Source: an uncultured bacterium (GTDB lineage: Bacteria > Fidelibacterota > Marinisomatia > Marinisomatales > UBA1611). Taken from it: DNA of 25,781 nucleotides. A model generated the notes under the pieces. The model was not told the DNA's origin and did not search any database. It saw only the letters and a program-made list of their open reading frames with translations. Below, in pieces: positions 18,785 to 25,781 of the stretch (its first letter is position 1; each line of letters begins with the position of its first letter). Made by a program: the position numbers and the translations under genes. The stretch spans positions 16,206 through 41,986 of the forward strand of contig CBFIBM010000016.1 of assembly GCA_965660855.1 (NCBI GenBank). Direction: 5' to 3'.

Positions 18785-20654
18785 CTAATTTTTCACCAAT
18801 TATTCTTTTATCTCCGACTCTTTTTGTATATCTATTTATATCTAAGTACTCTAGTAAAGGAATTGCCACTTTTCTTGTAAGCCCGGTCAGGGTTTTAAAG
18901 TTCGCAACGGAAAGAATTTTCTCTTTGTCAAAAAAAGTATTTAAATCCTTAATTACAGTTTTAAAAGTATTTATGTGGAGAAATGATTGATCTCCAATAT
19001 TTATTATCAAAGATTTGGTTTGCAAGAAATGAATTAAACTCTTAGTGTATTCATATTTTAGTCCTAAATTTTCATTAATATTTCTAATATCTAAAGAAGT
19101 TTTTCCAGAAGCAACTAACAAATTTTCAATATTTTTCAAATTTTCAGAATCTAAATTTGAAATATTGACCTTATGACCTATCTTAAAAATACCTTTCCCA
19201 TTAAATTTTATCAGGTTGGAACTAATCATTTTTTCTTTAATATGGCTTAACCATTCTTTTGACCACTTTAATGAATATAAAATTATTTCATCATTAACAT
19301 ATTTTATCAAATTATTTTTAACGTAAAACTGGTCTAAAAAATTAACAAACTCTGTAATGGATTTTTCTTCTGATTCAATGGAATATATGAGATCACTCTT
19401 TGCTGTAAATTTTAGGTTAAAAACTTTTATCCATGAATTTATTAAATGCTCAAAATTTAAAAAAATTATCCTCCATTCATTTATTGTTTTTGGGTTTCTC
19501 CATTCTAAATTAACAAAATATTTAAACCTTTCTTTTGGGCTCAGAGGAATATTTTTAGCTTTTGATTTTAACTTCTTATTAAAAGAACTTTGTTTTATAT
19601 CAAGAATGATTCCACTAGCTAAAGTTTCCATAGAAGAATAAGATCTTATAATAAATTTGTCATCGATAAATGCAGAAGATGGTTTTTCTAATTTTATTAT
19701 AGCGTGATCAGATTCACCTTCTTTTAAAATATTAGCATTACATAATGTTATTTGGCCAATTACCTCAGATGTCCCTAAATAAAATTTTACTCGTTGCCTA
19801 TTTTTAATTTTAAATCCCTTATTTGAATTGACTATTAATGTTATGACTGCGACTAAAAATGTATCTAAGACTCCTTTCGATGTTAAAATATCACCACGCT
19901 TTAATTGTATTTTCTTTTTATTTTTTAAGTTAATTGCCGCTCTATCACCAATTTTAACATTAAGAGTCTTTTTCCCGTGCGTTTGAATTGATCTTATTTT
20001 TAAAACTTCTTTTCTGGGTAAAACTTCTAATTCATCTCCAATTTGGGCTGTTCCATTTAGTACTGTTCCAGTTACAATTAGACCAAATCCGTCCTTTGTA
20101 AATACCCTGTCAATATTCATCCTAAACTTTGATGCAACTTCTTTGTTAATTTTTGTTGGGGTAAGATTTAATATATTTTCCTTTATTTTTTGAATTCCCT
20201 TTCCTGAAATACTATCAATTTCATTGATTGATAATACCTCAAAATTTTTTTTTAGCAGAAGATCCTTAGTCTCTACTTTAATTAATTCTATCCAATCTAA
20301 ATCATCAATTAAATCAATTTTTGAAATAGCTACATGACCTTTACAAACTCCAAGAGCAATTAAAATATCTATGTGCTCGATAGTTTGTGGCATTATTCCA
20401 TCATCAGCTGCAACAACTATTAATGCAAAGTGAGTACCTGCCGCACCAGCAACCATATTCTTAATAAATTTTTCATGCCCGGGTACATCAATAATAGTAA
20501 TCTTGTCATTTAACTGCGCATAACCAAGATCAATAGTTATACCTCTTGATATTTCATCTTTAGTATTATCGGTTGAAATACCTGTAAGTGCATAAATGAG
20601 AGATGTTTTCCCATGATCAATGTGCCCTGCCGTTGCTAAAACTATTTGAGACAT
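18777..20654 (-). CDS. selB: Selenocysteine-specific translation elongation factor
   Basis: 'TAGHIDHGKT', 'RGITIDLGYA', 'DVPGHEKFIKNMVAG', EF-Tu-like domains II/III, long C-terminal extension ending in the SECIS-binding winged-helix motif 'LTRKVAIPLLEYLD...T.RVGDKR'; adjacent to selA. Confidence 0.96.
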   Translation of the reverse strand: MSQIVLATAGHIDHGKTSLIYALTGISTDNTKDEISRGITIDLGYAQLNDKITIIDVPGHEKFIKNMVAGAAGTHFALIVVAADDGIMPQTIEHIDILIALGVCKGHVAISKIDLIDDLDWIELIKVETKDLLLKKNFEVLSINEIDSISGKGIQKIKENILNLTPTKINKEVASKFRMNIDRVFTKDGFGLIVTGTVLNGTAQIGDELEVLPRKEVLKIRSIQTHGKKTLNVKIGDRAAINLKNKKKIQLKRGDILTSKGVLDTFLVAVITLIVNSNKGFKIKNRQRVKFYLGTSEVIGQITLCNANILKEGESDHAIIKLEKPSSAFIDDKFIIRSYSSMETLASGIILDIKQSSFNKKLKSKAKNIPLSPKERFKYFVNLEWRNPKTINEWRIIFLNFEHLINSWIKVFNLKFTAKSDLIYSIESEEKSITEFVNFLDQFYVKNNLIKYVNDEIILYSLKWSKEWLSHIKEKMISSNLIKFNGKGIFKIGHKVNISNLDSENLKNIENLLVASGKTSLDIRNINENLGLKYEYTKSLIHFLQTKSLIINIGDQSFLHINTFKTVIKDLNTFFDKEKILSVANFKTLTGLTRKVAIPLLEYLDINRYTKRVGDKRIIGEKLDD

Positions 20655-20655
20655 T

Positions 20656-22020
20656 TTATAGTGATTCTATTGCCTTAACTAGCTTTATCAACTGATGACT
20701 ATAAATGGCTTTCAAATCAATATAAAAAAAATTTTTTGAGATATAACCAACAACAGGTATTTTACCAGTTCTAAGTTTTTTAGCAAGATTGTTTAAATTG
20801 TTTTTTTTAGGGCTAAATGATAAAGCCATACTTTCAATTGTTTTTTCTGGAAGAGATCCACTTCCAGCTTGGACAAAAGATTCAACGAGTTTGATTCTAT
20901 AGCTATTTATTTTTCTTTGACTTAATAAGCTTAAAACCTTAATTCCTCTTTTTCTTAAAACACTACGTTTATTTGTTAACAATTTTAGTGTAGTATTTTT
21001 TTCTGAAAATTTATCTATTTTAAATGATTTTAAAATTTCTTCCATAAAAGCAATAGTTATCTTATCACACCTCAAAACTCTATATAATGAATTTGATTGA
21101 ATTCTTTTTAAAATCTTTTTGTTACCTATTATAATTCCAGATTGAGGACCTCCAATTAATTTATCACCTGAGAATGTAATTAAATCAGGTTTTAATTTCA
21201 TTATTGATGATATAGGAAGTTCATCAGCAATTTTTAAAGATTTCATATCTAGAAATGAGCCACTTCCCCAATCTACCATTACAGGGATATCATACTGCTC
21301 ACCTAATTTTATAAGTTCCGATAAAGGAACTGATTTCACAAAACCTTTTACTACATAGTTACTTGTATGAACCCATAATAGTAATTTTGTGTTTTTCGTT
21401 ATCGCACTTGAATAATCTGATAAATGCGTTCTATTTGTTGTTCCAACTTCTTTTAATTTTGAACCACTTTTTTGAATAATTTCAGGAATTCTGAATGACC
21501 CTCCAATCTCAACTAACTGCCCTCTGGAAACAATTACATCACCTTTTGATGCTATTTCATTTATTGATAATAAAACAGCTGCAGCATTATTATTTACAAC
21601 TAATGCTGATTCACTATTGCAAATAGAACTTATATGATTTCTTAAATGATCCTGCCTATCGCCTCGTTTACCATTTATCAAATTAAACTCTAAGTTTACA
21701 TAGCCATCCAATCTACGTGATATTCTTCTAAATATTTTCCCAGTGAAAGGGGACCTTCCAAATCCCGTATGCAAAACAATACCTGTACCGTTTATGATAT
21801 TTTTAAGGCTATAATCCGATTTCATCACAATATTTTTTATAATATTTTTTAATATCTTTTCTCTAGAAATTTTTTCATGATCATTTAATAAAAAATTTCT
21901 ACATTTTTCAATTTCTTCCCTAATTAATACAGTTAAGAATTTTTCATGTATATTTAAATTTTTAGGTATTAATGATAAAACCTGACTAACCGATGGCAAA
22001 TTTTTGAATTTTGTATTCAT
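20656..22020 (-). CDS. selA: L-seryl-tRNA(Sec) selenium transferase
   Basis: 'INGTGIVLHTGFGR', 'VVNNNAAAV', 'SRGQLVEIGGSFRIP', 'EVGTTNRTH', 'VHTSNY', PLP-lysine motif 'FSGDKLIGGPQSG', 'GSGSLP'. Confidence 0.97.
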   Translation of the reverse strand: MNTKFKNLPSVSQVLSLIPKNLNIHEKFLTVLIREEIEKCRNFLLNDHEKISREKILKNIIKNIVMKSDYSLKNIINGTGIVLHTGFGRSPFTGKIFRRISRRLDGYVNLEFNLINGKRGDRQDHLRNHISSICNSESALVVNNNAAAVLLSINEIASKGDVIVSRGQLVEIGGSFRIPEIIQKSGSKLKEVGTTNRTHLSDYSSAITKNTKLLLWVHTSNYVVKGFVKSVPLSELIKLGEQYDIPVMVDWGSGSFLDMKSLKIADELPISSIMKLKPDLITFSGDKLIGGPQSGIIIGNKKILKRIQSNSLYRVLRCDKITIAFMEEILKSFKIDKFSEKNTTLKLLTNKRSVLRKRGIKVLSLLSQRKINSYRIKLVESFVQAGSGSLPEKTIESMALSFSPKKNNLNNLAKKLRTGKIPVVGYISKNFFYIDLKAIYSHQLIKLVKAIESL

Positions 22021-22055
22021 ATAATTAATTTAAAAAAATATTCATCACTAATATT

Positions 22056-22090
22056 AAAAAAAAAGCCCCAGATATAATAAAAAGGGGCTT
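22056..22090 (-). terminator. Rho-independent terminator downstream of rplS
   Basis: Minus strand AAGCCCC-(14 nt)-GGGGCTT running into a 9-T tract, starting about 20 nt after the rplS stop. Confidence 0.8.
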
Positions 22091-22109
22091 AAAGAATTAA
22101 ATGAGATTT

Positions 22110-22457
22110 TTATCTTTTTTCTTCAATTCTGGCTGCTTTTGCACCTTTTACATTTTTTAAATAATTAAGCTTCGCCCTTCTAACCTTACCTCTTCTTTTT
22201 AAATCAAAAGATGCAATTAATGGAGAATGTAAAGGAAATATCCTCTCAACTCCAACTCCATTTGTTATTTTTCTTAGAGTAAAAGATGCATCTAATCCAT
22301 TACCTCCATGTCTTGAGATTACAACCCCTTCAAATTTTTGTATTCTTTCTTTTGATCCTTCACGAACCCTCACGTCGACAGATAAAGTATCTCCAGATCC
22401 AAATTCAGGTATATCTTCCTTAATAAATTCTTTTGTTGCTTGTTGTATTTTATCCAT
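22110..22457 (-). CDS. rplS: 50S ribosomal protein L19
   Basis: 'PEFGSGDT', '[15 protein letters not shown]', '[19 protein letters not shown]', '[10 protein letters not shown]'; AGGAG Shine-Dalgarno. Confidence 0.98.
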   Translation of the reverse strand: MDKIQQATKEFIKEDIPEFGSGDTLSVDVRVREGSKERIQKFEGVVISRHGGNGLDASFTLRKITNGVGVERIFPLHSPLIASFDLKRRGKVRRAKLNYLKNVKGAKAARIEEKR

Positions 22458-23172
22458 TCTCGTACTCCTGTTGTTCTAATTTTAAAAATTCCATCCATAA
22501 TTTAGGATTCTTTTTTTTTGTCCTAATTTCCCTCTTATTTTGTCTCCATTCTTTAATTTTTCCATGATGTCCACTTAATAAAACTTCAGGAACAATCATA
22601 TCCTCAAATATTCTTGGTTTTGTATAATGCGGATGATCATAAAGCCCGTAAGAGTAGGTATCAGTTAATGCAGACTGAATATTATTTAGTGTTCCCGGAA
22701 GAATTCTTGCCATACTATCAAGTATTAGCATAGCTGGTATTTCTCCATTCGATAAAACATAATTCCCCACCGAGATCTCTTTAGTTATATATTTTTTAAT
22801 TATCCTTTCATCAATACCTTTTGAATGCCCGCAAACAATAATTAATCGCTTTGCTTTACTTAAATCTAAAACAGCTTTTTGATCCCATTCAATTCCTTGG
22901 GGTGTTGGAAAAATAATCTGAAGATCCTCAACTCCACCTACAATATCAATAGACTTATTTATTGCTTTCCCCAGTGGTTCTGCCATCATAACCATACCAT
23001 CTCCCCCTCCATACGGCGAATCATCAATTTGTTTATATGATCCAACTCCAAAATTTTTGAGGTCTATAATTGATATATCAGCAGAATTGCTATTAATACT
23101 TTTCCTTATCATAGTTTTCTCCAGAAAAGATTTAAATATTTCTGGGATTGGAGTAATGATTGCTACTTTCAA
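22450..23172 (-). CDS. trmD: tRNA (guanine-N1)-methyltransferase
   Basis: '[13 protein letters not shown]', 'TPQG', '[10 protein letters not shown]', '[11 protein letters not shown]', 'PHYTKP', '[10 protein letters not shown]'; canonical rimM-trmD-rplS order. TTG start overlaps the rimM TGA. Confidence 0.96.
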   Translation of the reverse strand: MKVAIITPIPEIFKSFLEKTMIRKSINSNSADISIIDLKNFGVGSYKQIDDSPYGGGDGMVMMAEPLGKAINKSIDIVGGVEDLQIIFPTPQGIEWDQKAVLDLSKAKRLIIVCGHSKGIDERIIKKYITKEISVGNYVLSNGEIPAMLILDSMARILPGTLNNIQSALTDTYSYGLYDHPHYTKPRIFEDMIVPEVLLSGHHGKIKEWRQNKREIRTKKKNPKLWMEFLKLEQQEYENG

Positions 23173-23675
23173 TGATCTAAAAGACCTTCAATAGGTTTGA
23201 CAACTATATTATTCTCTAAATAATCCACTTTTTCTACAAATTCTGGTATTACAGGGATCAAGATCTCTTTTTCATTATTTTGTATAATATAAACATCATT
23301 ATTTTGCAACCACATGACATCTTTTAATGTTCCAATTTTAAATCCATCATCAGATACAACATCAAAGCCAAGCAAATTTTTACTTATGTAGTTAATTTTA
23401 TCCTTTTTATCAGGTTTTACATATATATTCATTCCTATTATTTTTTTTGCATCATACAAAGTATTATGGTTCTTTATTTTAAATATTCTTCCTTTTCCAA
23501 TACCTTTGATATTTTCTAATGTACAATCGTTTATATCAAGAGTGGTATTTCCTAGGTAGAGTTTATTTTTGATAATATAATCGTCAAAATACCTAGAAAG
23601 AGGTTTTAATTTAACATCGCCATTTAAACCCGAGGTTTTAGTAACTGTTGCAATTGGTTCAATAAAATCTTTCAT
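23169..23675 (-). CDS. rimM: 16S rRNA processing protein RimM
   Basis: 'GLNGDVK', PRC-barrel 'LLGFDV...IGTLKDV...NDVY...EILIPVI.EFV..VD', terminal 'IEGLLD'; operon context. Confidence 0.92.
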   Translation of the reverse strand: MKDFIEPIATVTKTSGLNGDVKLKPLSRYFDDYIIKNKLYLGNTTLDINDCTLENIKGIGKGRIFKIKNHNTLYDAKKIIGMNIYVKPDKKDKINYISKNLLGFDVVSDDGFKIGTLKDVMWLQNNDVYIIQNNEKEILIPVIPEFVEKVDYLENNIVVKPIEGLLDH

Positions 23676-23909
23676 TTAATCAATTACTTCAAGCCTCGCT
23701 CTTTTTCCACCTTCTTTTGCATTTATTGCAAAAATTAGAGTCCTCAGTGCTGAGATATTTCTTCCTTTCTTGCCAATAACCATTCCATAATCACCATCAC
23801 CAACTGTAAGTTCGTAAGTTAACCTCTGTTCACTTTCAACAACCTCAACTTTAACCTCGTCTGGTTTATCAACTAACAATTTTATTGTTTGTTCAATGAA
23901 TTCCTGCAT
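23676..23909 (-). CDS. khpA: KH-domain RNA-binding protein KhpA (YlqC family)
   Basis: 'LVDKPDEV', GxxG loop 'GMVIGKKGRNISALRT'; between rpsP and rimM. Start placed at ATG 23909 (GGAG 6 nt upstream); alternative ATG at 23921. Confidence 0.92.
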   Translation of the reverse strand: MQEFIEQTIKLLVDKPDEVKVEVVESEQRLTYELTVGDGDYGMVIGKKGRNISALRTLIFAINAKEGGKRARLEVID

Positions 23910-23949
23910 TTTATTCTCCATTAAATATTTTAATTAGTTACCATTAGAA

Positions 23950-24495
23950 CTATTTTTTACTTTTTTTCGCTTTTACTTTTTCTTTCGGTTCCTCTTTTGC
24001 TGCTTCTTTCGGTTCCTCTTTTGCTGCTTCTTTCGGTTCCTCTTTTGCTGCTTCTTTTGGTTCCTCTTTTGCTGCTTCTTTCGGTTCCTCTTTTGCTGCT
24101 TCTTTCGGCTCCTCTTTTGCTGCTTCTTTCGGCTCCTCTTTCCTCTCTCTACTCAATCTTTTTTTCTCAACGTCCTCCTTATTTAGATTCCATTTTTTCA
24201 TTTCTTTATCAATTGTATTTTGATCAAGACCTTGTTTAATCAGATGCCATTTGTGAGCAAGACCTGCTCTTCTTAAAAGCTTATGAGCGGCATCTGTAGT
24301 TTGAGCACCCTCTTGGAGCCAATGAACAATTCGATCCTCACTTAAATTAAATGAATTAATTTTATCTATTGGATTATACCAACCTAGCTCTTCAATTGCA
24401 GCACCATCTCTCCTTTTCCTCGAATCCATTACTACCATTCTATAAAATGGTCTATTCCTACGTCCTATACGCTTAAGTCTTATTTTTGTAGCCAA
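23950..24495 (-). CDS. rpsP: 30S ribosomal protein S16 with long repetitive C-terminal extension
   Basis: 'KIRLKRIGRRNRPFYRMVVMDSRKRRDG..IEELGWYNP', 'WLQEGAQ'; TTG start with AAGGAG Shine-Dalgarno; about 100 aa of extension beyond the core. Confidence 0.97.
   Translation of the reverse strand: MATKIRLKRIGRRNRPFYRMVVMDSRKRRDGAAIEELGWYNPIDKINSFNLSEDRIVHWLQEGAQTTDAAHKLLRRAGLAHKWHLIKQGLDQNTIDKEMKKWNLNKEDVEKKRLSRERKEEPKEAAKEEPKEAAKEEPKEAAKEEPKEAAKEEPKEAAKEEPKEAAKEEPKEKVKAKKSKK
23980..24141. repeat. 24-bp coding tandem repeat (about 6.75 units) in rpsP
   Basis: Minus-strand unit GAG GAR CCR AAA GAA GCA GCA AAA = EEPKEAAK x6 plus EEPKE; units differ only at synonymous sites. Confidence 0.97.
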
Positions 24496-24512
24496 CTTAT
24501 ATCACTCCTTAG

Positions 24513-25781
24513 TTAAAATTGTCCAAAATTACCCAAATTAGGCATTTTAGTATTACTTATTTTACCCATTTTTTTCATCATTTTCTTCATTTGAAAAAAT
24601 TGTTTTAAAAGGGAATTGACTTCCTGAACTGGCCTCCCACTTCCTTTTGAAATTCTCAATCTCCGACTTCCATTAATTGAATCGGGTGATATTCTTTCAT
24701 AATCTGTCATTGAATTAATAATAGCTTCTGTCCATCCAACTTGACGATCATCCATGTTTATATTTTTAAGGACTTTTGAGTTCATTCCAGGAATGAGGCC
24801 AATTAAGTCAGTCATTGAGCCCATCTTTTTCATTTGAGATAATTGTATTTTAAAATCATTTAAGTCAAAAGAATTTTTTAATATTTTTTCCTGGATATTT
24901 TGAGTTTCTTTTTCATCAAATAGACTTTGAGCTTTTTCAACAAGAGTTAAAACATCTCCAAAACCTAATATTCTATCAGACATACGCTTTGGACTAAATT
25001 TTTCTAACCCTTCAATCTTTTCAGAAGTACCAATGAATTTGATTGGAACTCCAGTAACATTTCTAATAGATACGGCAGCACCTCCTCTTGAATCTCCATC
25101 CATTTTAGTTAAAATTATTCCAGTTAGTTGCAATAATTTATTAAATGAATTTGCTGATTTAACCGCGTCTTGACCAGTCATTCCATCTGAAACAAAAATC
25201 GTTTCATCTGGATTAATACTGTTTGAAATTTCAGAAATTTCAACCATCATCTCATCATCAATATGATTCCTACCTGCAGTATCAATTATGAGAACATTGT
25301 TATTATTATTTTTTGCTTTTTCAACCGCTTTTTTACATATAGCGATTGGTTTTTTCAGAACATCACTATAAAAATCAACTCCAGTATCTTTTGCTAAAAT
25401 ATTAAGCTGATCAATTGCACTTGGACGATAAATATCTGCTGATGTTAGCATAACTGAAAATTGTTTATCCTTGAGAAATTTAGCAAGTTTTCCAGCAGTA
25501 GTTGTTTTACCTGCACCCTGAAGACCAGCTAATAAAATGATAGTAAAATTTTTATTAATGTTTAGTTCCTCTGTATTTTCTCCCAAGAGGACGACTAATT
25601 CATCATGTATAATTTTTATAAATTGTTCACCAGGTTTTACAGATTTCAAGACCTTGACACCTTGGGCTTTTTCTTTAACTGCAGTGACAAAATTCTTCAC
25701 AACTTTGAAATTAACATCCGCTTCTAATAAAGCTCTTCTCACCTCTCTAGTCGCCTCTTCAATATTAGAATCATTGATTTT
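24513..25781 (-). CDS. ffh: Signal recognition particle protein Ffh (5'-truncated by window edge)
   Basis: Frame is open to the window end (KINDSNIEEATREVRRALLEADV); 'GLQGAGKTT', 'DTAGR', 'TKMDGDSRGGAA', Met-rich M domain 'AIINSMT..ER', 'SRRLRISKGSG'. Confidence 0.97.
   Translation of the reverse strand, partial: KINDSNIEEATREVRRALLEADVNFKVVKNFVTAVKEKAQGVKVLKSVKPGEQFIKIIHDELVVLLGENTEELNINKNFTIILLAGLQGAGKTTTAGKLAKFLKDKQFSVMLTSADIYRPSAIDQLNILAKDTGVDFYSDVLKKPIAICKKAVEKAKNNNNNVLIIDTAGRNHIDDEMMVEISEISNSINPDETIFVSDGMTGQDAVKSANSFNKLLQLTGIILTKMDGDSRGGAAVSIRNVTGVPIKFIGTSEKIEGLEKFSPKRMSDRILGFGDVLTLVEKAQSLFDEKETQNIQEKILKNSFDLNDFKIQLSQMKKMGSMTDLIGLIPGMNSKVLKNINMDDRQVGWTEAIINSMTDYERISPDSINGSRRLRISKGSGRPVQEVNSLLKQFFQMKKMMKKMGKISNTKMPNLGNFGQF

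Noticed and set aside
22021..22109. tRNA-Sec (selC) or SECIS element upstream of selA
   Set aside because: The 89-bp gap is almost all A/T apart from the terminator stem; no cloverleaf or UCA anticodon arm.
3212..23171. Selenocysteine read-through at the five TGA codons
   Set aside because: Each TGA falls at the expected C-terminus of a full-length protein and overlaps the next start; none is at a Cys-equivalent catalytic position.
23997..24239. Plus-strand (LLLLSVP)n ORF
   Set aside because: Antisense reading of the rpsP 24-bp repeat.
24513..25742. ffh start at 25742 as given by the ORF track
   Set aside because: This GTG is an internal Val; the frame stays open to the window edge and the N-terminal helix is missing.

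Overview
Very AT-rich, densely packed bacterial chromosome segment with 29 protein-coding genes, all on the minus strand and mostly abutting or overlapping. In transcription order: ffh (5'-truncated)-rpsP-khpA-rimM-trmD-rplS, an intrinsic terminator, selA-selB-mutS-PorV/UPF0164-like outer-membrane gene, yicC-gmk-rpoZ-(degenerate family-4 UDG-like)-dnaB-rel-HU/IHF-ruvX-lnt-hypothetical-ecfT-truA-htrA, pssA-DUF4321-like-tatA, and batA-batB-batC (3'-truncated, missed by the ORF track). Gene content suggests a streamlined diderm of the FCB group, plausibly Marinimicrobia/Marinisomatota; this is an inference. I see no tRNA, rRNA, CRISPR, mobile element or defence system. This is mainly a housekeeping region and I found no clearly new multi-gene system. 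The best leads are an apparently catalytically dead UDG-fold protein coupled between rpoZ and dnaB, an orphan EcfT with a degenerate coupling motif, selAB coupled to mutS with UGA stops confined to start/stop overlaps, and two coding tandem repeats (batC, rpsP). Family calls are from motif recognition by eye, not database searches.
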